DNA from: an uncultured Methanosarcinaceae archaeon
GTDB lineage: Archaea; Halobacteriota; Methanosarcinia; Methanosarcinales; Methanosarcinaceae
Length of the DNA: 64,000 bases
Direction: 5' to 3'
Assembly (NCBI GenBank): GCA_963833425.1
Contig: CAWHXP010000008.1
Coordinates: 116,578 to 180,577, forward strand
Part shown: positions 13,201 to 24,860 of the stretch, in pieces
How positions within the stretch are numbered: position 1 is the stretch's first letter
Layout: every line of letters begins with the position of its first letter
Notes under the pieces: generated by a model
What the model saw: only the letters and a program-made list of their open reading frames with translations
What the model was told of the DNA's origin: nothing
Databases searched by the model: none
Position numbers and translations under genes: made by a program

Positions 13201-13476
13201 GTTGGTATCCCCTCACTGCTTTTGGAATACATATTAACAGACACTTTGTAATCTTAACGTCGTTATTTTGCTTTTTTCTGTTATCATATGCAGTCTTTCA
13301 AACAACCCGAGCCATAGATGGCTACTCGTGCAATTCAGCCTCAGCAAGACCATTAGCCTTTGGTTCCATGGCTCAAATAGAGGCATCACCAAGTATCCGG
13401 ATGGACTTAAACCTGATGCTTCATAGATGATAACAGGTAGAGATCCTTTGAGGTCGCTGTGAAAATGATGGTCACA

Positions 13477-13689
13477 CTACCTGCGGAGCAACAGGATGAA
13501 AACGATTGCCATTAGTCCCAGCAGAGCCACCAGCCCAGCTACTAGGCCAAGGCTAATTAAGGCAATTCCAGTTCGAAGCCAGGAGAGAAACGTTCTCTAG
13601 TTCGCGAGATGAGTTCTTGCTCGGCTCTCCAGCGAGGTCCGTTGTTCGCGCTCCTCCCGATTCAGTGTCTCACGCTCATTTTGTATCAC
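13477..13689 (-). pseudogene. DUF202/YidH family protein with in-frame TAG and probable internal deletion
   Basis: AGGTGG RBS, GTG start; RTHLAN*RTFLSWLRTGIALISLG matches the LANERT motif with E replaced by amber at 13597-13599. Confidence 0.75.
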
Positions 13690-14166
13690 GTTTTCCACCT
13701 GCTCGCTGGGATATTTGTTGAGCTTCAACAAGCCTTTTCTATCTGTCCTTTAACGAGTTGCAAGCTTTCTCAAGCAACTTTTTTACTCATTAACTAGTTT
13801 TCCTAAATAAACATGCGCATTTTTTAAAGTTTTCTCTGCTTCTTTGCGCCAGGTTGTGTCTGCGGGTGCAGAAACAGAACCTTGCGGATCATGCATGTTT
13901 AGATATTTCTCTTCATATATATACACAAAACAAAATTTGGATTATGTCTTTGGATCATTATTTAAATTTGAAAACTTAATATATTCTCTATTTTTGAGAA
14001 AGTGTAGATTGAAATTATACATGCGAGTTTTAACATTATATAGTTTAATCCATTCTATTTTAATGAAGATTTTATCTTTTTTAATTAACAAGATATTTTA
14101 GAGGATTTTGACAACTCTCTGATTTTCACGAGTTTTCCATATAGCATTATATAGGCATCTTCCAAA

Positions 14167-14434
14167 GTCTAGATTTTTGGGCTCATTTTATCCTGGAATT
14201 TTATATGTGATCCATCCGCTTTGCTGGTACTACTAGTAGTTTATCATTGGGGCTAGCCCAAAATTCATTTTAGTTTTAATCATTTAGGTTTTTCATAGAC
14301 AAGATTTAGAGGAGCAAATTTCGAATTTTGGGATGAATCCTCAAATAAAATACATATCATGGAAATAGTTGCATAATCCATCTCTTCACTAAAAAACCGG
14401 CACTCTTATTTTTATTTGTTGTTCTAAGAGAATA
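14167..14434 (+). repeat. ~270-bp direct repeat, copy 1 (3' end of the membrane gene, MITE and flank)
   Basis: Aligns by eye to 18802-19071. Confidence 0.92.
14249..14341. mobile_element. MITE-like element with CCCAAAATTC/GAATTTTGGG inverted ends
   Basis: IR visible; second copy at ~18886-18978. Confidence 0.55.
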
Positions 14435-14440
14435 AAGTTT

Positions 14441-14670
14441 GTGAAGACATCCAAAAATAATAAAAACATGATTAATATAAAATTATGTTTGGGTCTTACA
14501 ACATTTTATGAGTGACTGGATTAATTCTGAGACTATAAATTGCATTGTAAATATTAAATTGTTGTTCGGGTTTGAAAAATTTTATGTGAAAATAAATTTT
14601 ATTAAGAAACGATTTTTTGTATAATTCATTTGAAATAAATAAGGAGTTAATTCTACATTGTAGCTTAAAG
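14441..14670 (+). repeat. Dispersed upstream module, copy C (upstream of the YcaC-like gene)
   Basis: GTGAAGACATCCAAAAATAATAAAAACATGATTAATATAAAATT matches 42361-42404; core AAATTTTATTAAGAAACGATTTTTTGTATAATTCATTTGAAATAAAT at 14594-14640. Confidence 0.8.
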
Positions 14671-14809
14671 TGACCAAAAGAGAATGAGGTATAACTGCTA
14701 GTTTGCATGCGCATTGGAATAATTGTAGACAGTTTTGATAAAACTTCGATTTCAACAAATGCTTTTATTTTATTATATATACAAATTTCTTTCATAGGAA
14801 GAAATTGCA

Positions 14810-15425
14810 ATGACAAGTCTACATATACGTGATCAGGTGAATGATCAGCTGCTTACTCCGAAAAATGCGGCGCTTATAATAATTGACTACCAGCCGGTTC
14901 AGATGGCCTCTATAGCCTCTATGGACCGTGAGCTTCTGGTCGACAACATCGTTCGCGTGGTTAAAATAGCGCAGGCATACGAATTACCGATAGTGCTGTC
15001 GACTGTGAACGTGAACAACGGTATCAACAAACCGACAATCCGTCAGTTGCAAGAAGTGCTAACCGGGATCGAGCAGCTGGACCGCACGACGATCAATGCC
15101 TGGGAAGACAACGAATTGTTCAAGTATTCAAGGCAACGGGCCGCAAGAAGCTAATTATGACCGCACTGTGGACTGAAGCATGCCTCATGTTTCTTCGCTT
15201 GACGCAATACACAACGGCTACGAGATCTATGCAGTAGTTGATGCGGTTGCCGGCACATACGTCGAAGCACACCGGGCGGGGCTGAAGCGGATAGTCCAGG
15301 AAAGTGGGAAACTAGTGAGCTGGGTACAACTCATCTGTGAGCTTCAGCGCGACTGGATCCGTAAGGAAAAAGTGGAGCTTTTCAAGCAAATTTTGTTCGA
15401 TCCCATAGAACCCTGGAGCGAGTAG
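14810..15425 (+). pseudogene. Isochorismatase-family (YcaC-like) hydrolase, frameshifted
   Basis: LLTPKNAALIIIDYQP, DRTTINAWED, ALWTEAC, VSWVQLICELQRDW spread across three frames. Confidence 0.85.
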
Positions 15426-16015
15426 AATATTTCATCGAGCGCCGAAAGCGCAACGCTTCGTGGAGGAAAAAAAATTGTTCAAGCTAATTGCCTACAGTTG
15501 GAAGAAGCATTAAATTCGCTTGAACTGTGCTTGAAATCATTGTAGGTGCGTTTTTGTGCCGTCGCCACTCACCAATGGAGAGATTGTTGAGAAGAAGCTC
15601 ATCTACTATGTGATTCAGCTGATGAAACATATCAGTTTGATGTGAAAATGCTGATAACTGAGCTTTTAATGCAAAAAAAGTCTTTGCAAGGCCTTCTGTT
15701 ATAATAAAGAAAAAATTTATTACAGTAACCTCTAAAATCTTCAAGACTTTTAATGCCTAAATCAGCAAAGAGCTGTGGAAATTTGGTGTCGGAGCCCTAA
15801 ATAGCATGGTTGGATCATCTATAGCAGACGCTATGCTATTGGTACCCAGGGGATACGTGATGGAAGCCGCCAACTAAGAAGGCCATATCGTTGCCTTCGG
15901 CTTCCATAAATAAATGATTATGTTATTTGAGCAGTTGATTTGCAGCCTTTCAAACAAATCGGGCATCTAGCACGAGTAAATTATTGTATTAAATGAAAAC
16001 AGCGAGAACGAAACT

Positions 16016-16768
16016 ATGTGTACGGCAGACAAAATGAACTCAGAAAATAAGGGATCTGGATATAAGGATATGCAGTATATGGGCCATCATACGGGCCTGG
16101 AACATCAAATGGGGTGGGTTGAGCTGAAAAGCCTTCCCTTAATAGGGGATAAGATTCCCCATGTGGAAGTTAAAACCACTCATGGGATGGTTAAGCTACC
16201 GGATGATTTTTCTGGGAAATGGTTCGTTCTTTTTAGTCATCCAGCAGACTTCACACCAGTCTGCACAACTGAGTTAGTAGCTTTTGAAAATAAGCGGTCT
16301 GAGTTCGAAAAACTCAATTGCCAGCTTATAGGTCTTTCCATTGATCAGGTGTCTTCTCACATGAAGTGGACGGAATGGATTAAAGAAAAGCTGGGCGTGG
16401 AGATTAAATTCCCCCTCATAGCCGATGATCTGGGCAAAGTTGCATCTAGGATGGGTATGATTCATCCCGGCAAAGGAACAAACACTGTCCGAGCTGTCTT
16501 CATAGTAGATCCCCATGGAGTTGTTAGGATCATACTCTTCTATCCACAAGAGATAGGTAGAAACATGGACGAGATTCTGCGCGGGTTGAAGGCACTACAG
16601 GTTTCAGATGCAAATAAGGTGTCTACGCCGGCTAATTGGCCCAACAGTGATCTAATAAAGGACGAGGTAATCATACCTCCACCATCAGACGAGAAGACTG
16701 CAAAGATGCGTGTAACCGGTGGAAACATTGTCTGCTACGATTGGTGGTTCTGCCATAAAAAGCTTTGA
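16016..16768 (+). CDS. Peroxiredoxin (Prx6/archaeal type); true start may be a downstream Met
   Basis: [30 protein letters not shown]-terminal CYDWWFC. Confidence 0.95.
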   Translation: MCTADKMNSENKGSGYKDMQYMGHHTGLEHQMGWVELKSLPLIGDKIPHVEVKTTHGMVKLPDDFSGKWFVLFSHPADFTPVCTTELVAFENKRSEFEKLNCQLIGLSIDQVSSHMKWTEWIKEKLGVEIKFPLIADDLGKVASRMGMIHPGKGTNTVRAVFIVDPHGVVRIILFYPQEIGRNMDEILRGLKALQVSDANKVSTPANWPNSDLIKDEVIIPPPSDEKTAKMRVTGGNIVCYDWWFCHKKL

Positions 16769-16800
16769 GAGATGGACTATAGAGGAGGCTCAACTTAATC

Positions 16801-17504
16801 ATGAAGAAAGAAATGGGAAAAAAAATCGAATTTAAAAGCCGACTCCATGAAGATAACTGTGAGCAAGGATGGCCCATATATAGTGACCTGTGGAGTTCCC
16901 CTTGAGTACCTCGGAAATTTGCAAAGATGAAGACAACGATCGCCTAATGTGGCGTGAAGTCGAGAAATATCCACTAAAGGAAGATTATGCTATATGCCGA
17001 TGTGGTCACTCCGAGAATAACCCGTTCTGTGATGGGACACATTCAAAGATACACTTTGAAGGAACTGAGGCAGGAGACTGTGTACCTTATAGTGAAGGTG
17101 CAGATGTTATCAGCGGCTCTAAGCTAACTCTATATGACAATAAGCATCTTTGTGTGCATGCGGGATTTTGCACACGGGCAGGGAGAATATGGAACCTACT
17201 TCAACAATCCGAAAACTCTGAATCTCGAGATATTGCTATTGAAGAAGCATGCAACTGCCCTTCTGGTAGACTGGTAATCATTGACACTGTCACTGGAAAG
17301 ACCATTGAGCCTGAACTTGAAAAGTCCATAGTCGTCATGGAGGCCCCTCACCGTGGCGAGAATGGTCCCGTCTGGGTACGTGGTGGCATCCCGATAGAAT
17401 CCGCAGATGGTAAACTGTACGAGATCAGGAATAGGATCACTATTTGCAGGTGTGGGAAATCACAGAACAAACCTTTCTGTGATGGAAGTCACGTGCAGAT
17501 CTGA
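16801..17504 (+). pseudogene. CDGSH iron-sulfur domain protein with divergent 4Fe-4S domain; N-terminus frameshifted
   Basis: Two CRCGxSxNxPFCDGxH motifs, CVHAGFC and CPSGRL. N-terminal MKITVSKDGPYIV (ATG 16847) is out of frame through extra bases in A and C runs. Confidence 0.8.
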
Positions 17505-18093
17505 GAAGGATGGAAAAAATGAATGCGTGTGCAAAAGGAGTTTGAATTTACACTTTATCTCTGTTGGCATCTGTTTACAGTAATTGCTCTGGCAATCCAT
17601 CCCAACACCATCAAAAAATCTCCTCAAATGATCTTTTGACAATTACTTGATCTCGACTGCACTTAAGTATCACTGGTGTATATTGCATCATGGCGTAAGC
17701 TTTTGGTTCTTGGTGAACTTTAGAGTTAGGCTAGGTCGTTTCTAGAGTATTGAAGCCTAACAACAAAAGAGAGCGATTCGAATCCTAAATAGTCTGTGCA
17801 AGCTAGGTCTTGCTAAAGGGACGAAAAATTGGTGAACTTAAAAGATGAAAAATTCGAGCTGCTAACGGATAAAAATAGTTTTTTGGTCCTGTAGACCACC
17901 AACATGCGATATTTAAAAGTGTCAGTTCAGGAGACAAGACACAATCAAAAACGCAGCTTTAAAAGCGACAAAAGCTAGAGAGTATCTTAGAATTCCGGTT
18001 TTTTTTGTCGCCTATTAATCACAAATAAATGTGGGGCTCCATTCCAAAAATTACCAAGATATTCCAGAATCAAGAAGTATTTGTACGAATTAT

Positions 18094-18375
18094 CCGGTTT
18101 TTGAGGGGTTTGACGTCAATGCGGTCATAGGTGCTAGTGGAGCAGTGAGTTTTCTTGAATGCGAGGCCACCATAGCCATTATTGCCCAGGCTGGTGCGAA
18201 GGTGCGTAATTGGTGGTCAATTGGTGCAGAACTTCAAGCTGATTGGCGCATGGATGAAGCAAAATGATGGCCTTATGCTATGGTTTTTAGAAGCATCTGC
18301 CTAGTTGGGCCACTTGTTGGATAGTGCGACTGCCTAAACAATGGACAGATGGCCCCTCCAAAGAAGAAAGAGTAA
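18094..18375 (+). pseudogene. C-terminal fragment of a second isochorismatase/YcaC-like protein
   Basis: GFDVNAVIGASG...AQAGAKVRNWWSIGAELQADWR. Confidence 0.55.
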
Positions 18376-18416
18376 TCGATGTTTTGAGCCTGAATAGATT
18401 CAAAATGTGGTAGAGA

Positions 18417-18887
18417 ATGTCTTTCACTGAAGCACAAGAACTGTTTTCATTATTCTTTGCAGTTTATTTCGCTCTGATAATAGACCGTTCTCATGAAATG
18501 TATAAACCTTGGGACACTTATAACGCCTGGAAGGGAAAGTCTCACAATATAAAACGTTTATTAACGGCATGGATTATTTTGTTTATCGTACCACTATTGC
18601 ATTTCTCAATCTTATTTGTCCTTCTAGGATTAATTGACGTTCGATTAGATATGACAATTAACGGTATTTTAAATGTTGCTTCGATCGGCTTGGGTTCATT
18701 TTTTGAATTTGGTTACTTCAGAATATATGAAGCTTTTCTACATAGATATTCAGAATCTTTTTTCACAGATGAAGATAGAATACAAAAAGAGCGTTTGATT
18801 CGTCCGGATTTTTGTGCTCATTTTATTCCTGGAATTTTATATGTGATCCTATCCGCTTTGCTGGTGCTACTAGCAGTTTATCATTGA
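18417..18887 (+). CDS. Hypothetical multi-pass membrane protein
   Basis: 156-aa intact ORF with about 4 hydrophobic segments. Confidence 0.75.
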   Translation: MSFTEAQELFSLFFAVYFALIIDRSHEMYKPWDTYNAWKGKSHNIKRLLTAWIILFIVPLLHFSILFVLLGLIDVRLDMTINGILNVASIGLGSFFEFGYFRIYEAFLHRYSESFFTDEDRIQKERLIRPDFCAHFIPGILYVILSALLVLLAVYH

Positions 18888-19071
18888 GACTAGCCCAAAA
18901 TTCATTTTAGTTTTAATCATTTAGGCTTTTCATAGACAAGATTTAGAGGAGCAAATTTCGAATTTTAGGATGAACCCTCAAATAAAAAATATCCCATGAA
19001 AATTGTTGCATAAACGATCTCTTCACAAAAAAGCCGACATACTTATTTTTATTTGTTGCTCCGAGAGAATA
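18802..19071 (+). repeat. ~270-bp direct repeat, copy 2
   Basis: Aligns by eye to 14167-14434. Confidence 0.92.
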
Positions 19072-19528
19072 GATTAAGCGGATATAATATTCATCGGACT
19101 TGACAAATGATATGTATCTTCTCCAATTAACTCGTAATCGACCAGTTTTAGATCATCTCTGACTGTAACAAACTTTTTCACTTTTTCATCAAAACTTATT
19201 GCAATTCATAAGGACTTTTTGATCCACATTTCAGTGATCTAGAGAAGACATGCTTCAGTGAATGAAAGCACAAACATTTGTTCCAATGGAAACTTAATCA
19301 TGAAAAATATCAATCTCTTAATGATGGAGACCTTCTTTAATGACGGAGATCTTATTATTAGGTGCCCACTAAATGACTCCGGATGAGGTTTGCGTTCCTA
19401 TTTCAGCGCATATTCACACCCTTAGTGCAGCAGTCAATTTTGTGGTAGTACTCATGGATTTCAAAGCCTATGTACTTAGGAAACTTGGAACAATAGCTTA
19501 ATTTAATGCCAAATAACAATCTTAGGAG

Positions 19529-20323
19529 TTGAGTCATATGGTTAGAGATTTATTTATGTTTGCAGGCTTAAATGAAAATTCACAGATTTTATGGTTCAAG
19601 ATTATTTATTCGAAAGAGCTCGGATCTTTATCCTTAATAACTGATTTTTTCGAAAAAGAAAATGCTTTCATCATGTTTGGTCATCTCGATAATTTTACAC
19701 AAAAAATGGGGGAATATTCGGTATTCTCTGAACTTACAAAAAATATTGATCCTGAAAATCTAGCCAGAAAGATAAAAAGTCTGGAAGTTGTAAGTGAAGT
19801 AGAGTACGGGATTTCAAAATATGGGATGATTTATTCCGTGAACTTTCCCCTTAATGTAGCAGGAGTTAGGGGAGTCATAGCAAGAGCATTCACGATTGTT
19901 GATATCATTAAAAATCTCATCGAAAATGTACCGGGTGCAGAGGGACTTCTCACCATTTCAGGGCTTAAGGAAGGGATCCATGTGTCAAAATACTTCAAGA
20001 GCATCATGCAGATTGATGACAGCAATTACGCAAGCGTTCTTGAGGAGGTATACCGAGCTACAGGTTGGGGAATCCTTGAAATTGAATGTGATCCAAAGAT
20101 TTACAAAGGAAAAATCATCGTGAAAGACTCGTTTATAGCCGATGTCTATGGATCTGCGGACCAGCCTGTTTGTGCCTTTATGAGCGGTTACTTTGCTGGT
20201 TACTTGACTGATTATTTTGGGAAGGATATCAGTGTAAGGGAGGTTAGCTGTAAAATCACAGGAAAGAAGGTATGCGAACATGTAATTTCACTGGCGTCTT
20301 CCGGAACAATCCAGGAATTCTAG
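19529..20323 (+). CDS. V4R (4-vinyl reductase) domain protein with N-terminal ACT-like region
   Basis: AGGAG RBS; GWGILE...DSFIA...PVCAFMSGYFAG...REVSCKITGKKVCE. Confidence 0.85.
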   Translation: MSHMVRDLFMFAGLNENSQILWFKIIYSKELGSLSLITDFFEKENAFIMFGHLDNFTQKMGEYSVFSELTKNIDPENLARKIKSLEVVSEVEYGISKYGMIYSVNFPLNVAGVRGVIARAFTIVDIIKNLIENVPGAEGLLTISGLKEGIHVSKYFKSIMQIDDSNYASVLEEVYRATGWGILEIECDPKIYKGKIIVKDSFIADVYGSADQPVCAFMSGYFAGYLTDYFGKDISVREVSCKITGKKVCEHVISLASSGTIQEF

Positions 20324-20486
20324 GTGAGAAGGATAAGCTGTTATCAGACACAAGAATGCCATTGAGAATGATGAACTGCTTATGGGGAAGAAAGGAGAAT
20401 TCTATGTGAGAAGGATAAGCGGTTATCAGATACATGAATGCCATTGAGAATGATGAACTCTTATGGGGAAGAAGGGAGATATCATA
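20314..20486 (+). repeat. Two-copy tandem repeat, 82-bp period
   Basis: GTGAGAAGGATAAGC...GAATGCCATTGAGAATGATGAACT...TTATGGGGAAGAA at 20324 and 20406. Confidence 0.9.
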
Positions 20487-21084
20487 GGCTTGATCCATCT
20501 CCACAAGAGTCAAGCTCATCACTTAGAAAATCCCCTCGCCTGAATCAATTCAGGGGAAAACTTCTTTGGAAAAACGATGACAATTGGCATGGCATCCAGA
20601 ATCACTTAGAAGATACCAATATCTTATCCACAAAACTTTACCATGGTTCGGAAATCCAAATTTTTATTCTTATCCTGTACATCTGGAAGTGTTTTTTTGT
20701 GCTGAAAATAAAGGCATTCCTTAACATTAAGATATGTAGGTAAACTTTCTCTGAAAAACTCTCTCCTATCTTAAAGAGAAATAAGGCTTCAAAAGTTTTC
20801 GATACAATACTACCTGTACAATCTCTTTACTATACTTTTCTCAACAGTTTCCAAGTAAGTGTGAATCAAAATCATGTATTTCAGTATGCAGCGGGATGCA
20901 TAGCCAGTTTGCTATCCTGAAATCCAGCAATTCGACACAAATTACAGTGTGATCAAATATTCACGAGTTCTATTCAGGTGTAAATAGTGATTTCATTGGA
21001 TATAATGCTGGGTGAATGATTGCTAAATTCAGGAAAAATTTCGCATAAAATTCAATGAGAGGATTCTTCGCTTTCTTCACGATT

Positions 21085-21999
21085 TCAATTTCCACTTATT
21101 TCAAGCATCCTATCCAGTGCTTTTTTCGCTTTCATCTTTATCTGGTTAGGTACATGGAGCTCATATTCCATATTCTGAAGGCTATTATGAATGGATTCGA
21201 GTGTGATTTTTTTCATGTTGTAACAAAGAGCCTTCTCAGATGCAGGATAGAACTTTTTATCCGGATATTTTCTTTTCAGGATCTGAACAATTTCCTTTTC
21301 GGTTCCGATTATAAAATCCTTTGAATCTGATTTTCCAGCTTCTTTTATAATCCCTGAGGTACTGAGAATATTGTCTGCAAGGCTCAGGACTTCAGGCCTA
21401 CACTCAGGATGTGCAAGGAATTCGGCATCCGGATATATTTTTTGTAATTCTTTTATATTTCCATCACTGATGCTGTCATGAACGTGACAAAATCCAGGCC
21501 AAATATGTACTTTTTTATTGGTATGAAGGGATACAAACTTTCCCAGGTTTTTATCAGGGATAAAAATGATTTCCTGAGCTTCAATAGAGTTTACCACATT
21601 TATCGCATTTGCAGATGTGCAGCATATATCAGATTCTGCTTTTACTGCAGCTGAACTATTTACATAGCATACAACTGCTGCATCAGGTTTTTTTTCTTTC
21701 TCACGTCTGATAGACTCCACAGTTACCATGTCCGCCATTGGGCATACGGCATTTGGAACTGGTAAAAGGACTAGCTTTTCAGGAGAAATTATTGATGCCG
21801 ACTCTGCCATGAAATGTACACCTGCAAAAACTATAACCTCAGCTTTTGAGTTCAATGCTGCCTTACAGAGTGCGAGGGAATCTGCAACAAAATCTGAAAC
21901 ATCCTGAACTTCTCTCCGTGTGTAAAAATGTGAAATTATTATTGCATTTTTCTCTTCTTTAATTTTGTTTATTTCCTCTGCAATTTTCTGGTTTTCCAT
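21085..21999 (-). CDS. nadA: Quinolinate synthase
   Basis: VADSLAL, GVHFMAES, CPMA, YVNSSA, CCTSAN, CHVH, AHPEC, CYNMKK; start set at MENQK. Confidence 0.95.
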   Translation of the reverse strand: MENQKIAEEINKIKEEKNAIIISHFYTRREVQDVSDFVADSLALCKAALNSKAEVIVFAGVHFMAESASIISPEKLVLLPVPNAVCPMADMVTVESIRREKEKKPDAAVVCYVNSSAAVKAESDICCTSANAINVVNSIEAQEIIFIPDKNLGKFVSLHTNKKVHIWPGFCHVHDSISDGNIKELQKIYPDAEFLAHPECRPEVLSLADNILSTSGIIKEAGKSDSKDFIIGTEKEIVQILKRKYPDKKFYPASEKALCYNMKKITLESIHNSLQNMEYELHVPNQIKMKAKKALDRMLEISGN

Positions 22000-22822
22000 A
22001 ATAATCTTGTTCCTCAAAATGCAGGGGTAGACCTGCAGAAAATCTGTTTTCCAATCTTTTACTCTCTTTTTCCAATTCCACTTACTGTACAATTCCTTGC
22101 CTTATCAACATTTAATTCGCGAAAAGATTTCTAAAAATTTTCTATAGCAAGAGGCTATTTTCCAAAAATTTGCCCCGCTTGGGATAGGTATTAAATCGCT
22201 TTTTTGCCTGAACGGTACTTATACTCTTGGTATTGTGTTCACTATTAATGAATATTCTTTTTTTGAAGTAACTCGAAAAACACAGCAAAGAAGCATGGTT
22301 ATTTCTAAGATATTGTTATATTCCGCCCTCGATACCATTAGAATGCTCCGTGAATCAGGAGTTTCTTTTGCTCCAGAGTAAGGTTTTTCAAAAAACCCTT
22401 ATGTCCTAATTGTCCCTAGCATCTATTTTCAGGTCACAAGTAGTAATTATTTAACTTGCATTCTCATCAATTATTTTTATTTTGATTGTTTCAGTTTTAT
22501 TTTCCGAATTTGGAGAATGCAATTTTTCATCTACGGATTTTATTTTATCTCTTCCGGTATGCAGTTCATGATTGAGAATTACTTGCTTAGATTGCTAGAA
22601 TCCATTAATTAAAATCTGCAAGTACTATTTCCAAAGCACCTGCAACTCCTAGATAGATTAAGATCGGAGAACTTAGCCTTCTTATCCCGGTGACAAAGAA
22701 CCTTGCTTTCCGTATTTTTCATGATCCTTCCACAAAAACATTATTTTCCGAATATATTTTCAGCTATATTTTCCTTCATTATAGTTTTTCCGCAATTTAG
22801 ATTCGTTATATTCACAAATAGC

Positions 22823-22936
22823 AGGACTTACGCGATAAAGCCCAAAATAAGGGGTAATATAAATTATGTTTTATCGAATATATTCGACAAATTAATACTT
22901 TTCGCTACGATTTCCCGGTTAAGCTGCATGAGTCAT
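22823..22936. mobile_element. MITE-like element, GGACTTACGC-end family
   Basis: AGGACTTACGC ... TGCATGAGTCAT (degenerate inverse). Confidence 0.5.
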
Positions 22937-23269
22937 AAATAGCTAATTTTGTCCAAGTCTCAATAAAATTTCGTTAAACCTTAAATTTCGTCATATGCAT
23001 ATAAACGGTATATATGGGCTTCGTGAAGATAAGAGATTCATCGAATTCTTAATATTTTTCTTTTTGTAGCCTACTTTTTATAGTCTTCTTTCTCCATATC
23101 CTAAATGTTATGCATAAACCACAAAATCTTCCTTTTTTCTATTTAAAAGATATTTTTCAGAGTATTTTTTACCTGAAAGGTCATAAAATATATAAATAAA
23201 ATATCAGATATAAAAGTCGAACGCTTAAATATATAAATTTATATTGCCACCATATTAATGGTGAATACC

Positions 23270-23674
23270 ATGGTAAAATTAACTGAAGAAATGAAAATTG
23301 CTTTCTCAATGGTGAAGATCTTTCCTGTGGCTACTGCCTCAAAAGATGGAATTCCAAATGTAGTACCTATAGGGTTCTGCCGGCTCATAGATGACGAGAC
23401 CGTCTGGATTGCAGATAATTTCATGATCAAATCGCTGGCAAATCTGGAAGAAAATCCTGTTGTTGCATTCTATATATGGGGTCCAGATACAGGCGGTTGC
23501 TTCCAGATAAAGGGTAAAGCGGAAATTATTAGTGCTGGAGAAAAATTTGAAAAAATGAAGGAAATTGTGCATGCAGCAAAACCCGGACTTCCTGCAAAAA
23601 AGCTAATAGAAATCAAAATTAGTGATGTCTATCAGTGCTCTCCCGGTCCAGGTGCAGGTAAAAAATTGATATGA
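23270..23674 (+). CDS. Pyridoxamine 5'-phosphate oxidase-like FMN-binding protein
   Basis: VATASKDGIPNVVP, IADNFMIKSLANLEENP, FQIKG, SPGPGAGKKL. Confidence 0.9.
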   Translation: MVKLTEEMKIAFSMVKIFPVATASKDGIPNVVPIGFCRLIDDETVWIADNFMIKSLANLEENPVVAFYIWGPDTGGCFQIKGKAEIISAGEKFEKMKEIVHAAKPGLPAKKLIEIKISDVYQCSPGPGAGKKLI

Positions 23675-24029
23675 TCTAAACTGAATATATGTTAGACAGA
23701 GATGATTGCGACTAAATAGCATCCTAATGTATCTAAATCGAAAAATGATGATATAACTTTGACTTTATAACTAGCTGAAGTCAAAGGAAATCCCTTTCTT
23801 TGTTTTGAAAAAATCCACATATTTTTGCTAGGGTGCAAAGAAAGGGATGAAATTTACAATGCGTTTCAGAACGTTGAACGGGAAATTTCCTGTAGTAGTG
23901 TAAGCAAATAAAGAAATTACTCATCTTATAAAAACCCAAATTAGTTATTCTACATATTAAAAGTTAATAAGGGTAGGTGCATAAACATTATAGAAAACTA
24001 AAAATTAATAGAAAATACATAATAAATTC

Positions 24030-24216
24030 AAAATCCCCAGATTTCTAGTGGGGAAACAAAAATAATAATCTTGTTTTCTTCAATAAATTTAGTGTAATTT
24101 TTTATAAATTTAAAAAGATATTTTCCAGTATAGCGTTTTAGGCGTCCCAGCTTTCTCTGAGGCAGGAGCTGCAAATAATATTATTTCAGGACTGCCCTTA
24201 GGCGTTGAGAGTAATC
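24030..24216. mobile_element. Possible non-autonomous IS200/IS605-type remnant
   Basis: CCCCA...TGGGG hairpin at ~24035-24053 and GCCCTTAGGCGTTGAGAGTA at ~24194 resemble IS605-family end motifs. Confidence 0.3.
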
Positions 24217-24327
24217 TTTTACCAAAATCTGAAAACTTTACAGAAGAATTTTGATGACAATCTGTAGTTTCTCGATACAAGGTGCAAGAAGGCGGCGCTT
24301 TTAGATGCAGTATGTGGGAAAATCATC

Positions 24328-24860
24328 ATGAGGAGAGAACAATTTTTATTTGCACGAATAGTTAATGGCGGACAAACTGGCGTTGACAGAGCAGCTCCTG
24401 ATTCAGCAATGGACCTCGGAATTGACGCTAGTGGGTGGGTTCCTAAAGGGCGACTCGCTGAAGATGGACCATTGCCAACGCGATACAAGATGATCTAAAC
24501 TCCTTCTGACGACGCTGCTCTTCGGACGGAGTGGAACGTTCGTGACTCTCACACAACACTGCTCATTTCCAGTGGACCTTTAAAAAGAGGGTCGGCTCTA
24601 ACGTTAAAGATTGCAAACAAATTGACGCGGTCAGATCTTCACATAAATCTTGAGGAGCAAAATATACCTGAGTGCATTGACAAGATTATGGTATGGCTGT
24701 TAAAGGGCATTATGAGGTTCTGAACATCGCCGGCCCCAGGCTTTCGGAAGACTAAAGTATTTATGACAAAAGGTATCTTATTCTGCGTCCAGTTTTTATC
24801 ACAGCCAGGGAGCAGAGGCACAACGAAAATATTGAGCTTGCCATGAAGATGTAGGAACAA
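24328..24860 (+). pseudogene. Putative molybdenum carrier / circularly permuted YpsA-SLOG protein
   Basis: [41 protein letters not shown] at 24496 and a later frameshift. Confidence 0.85.
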
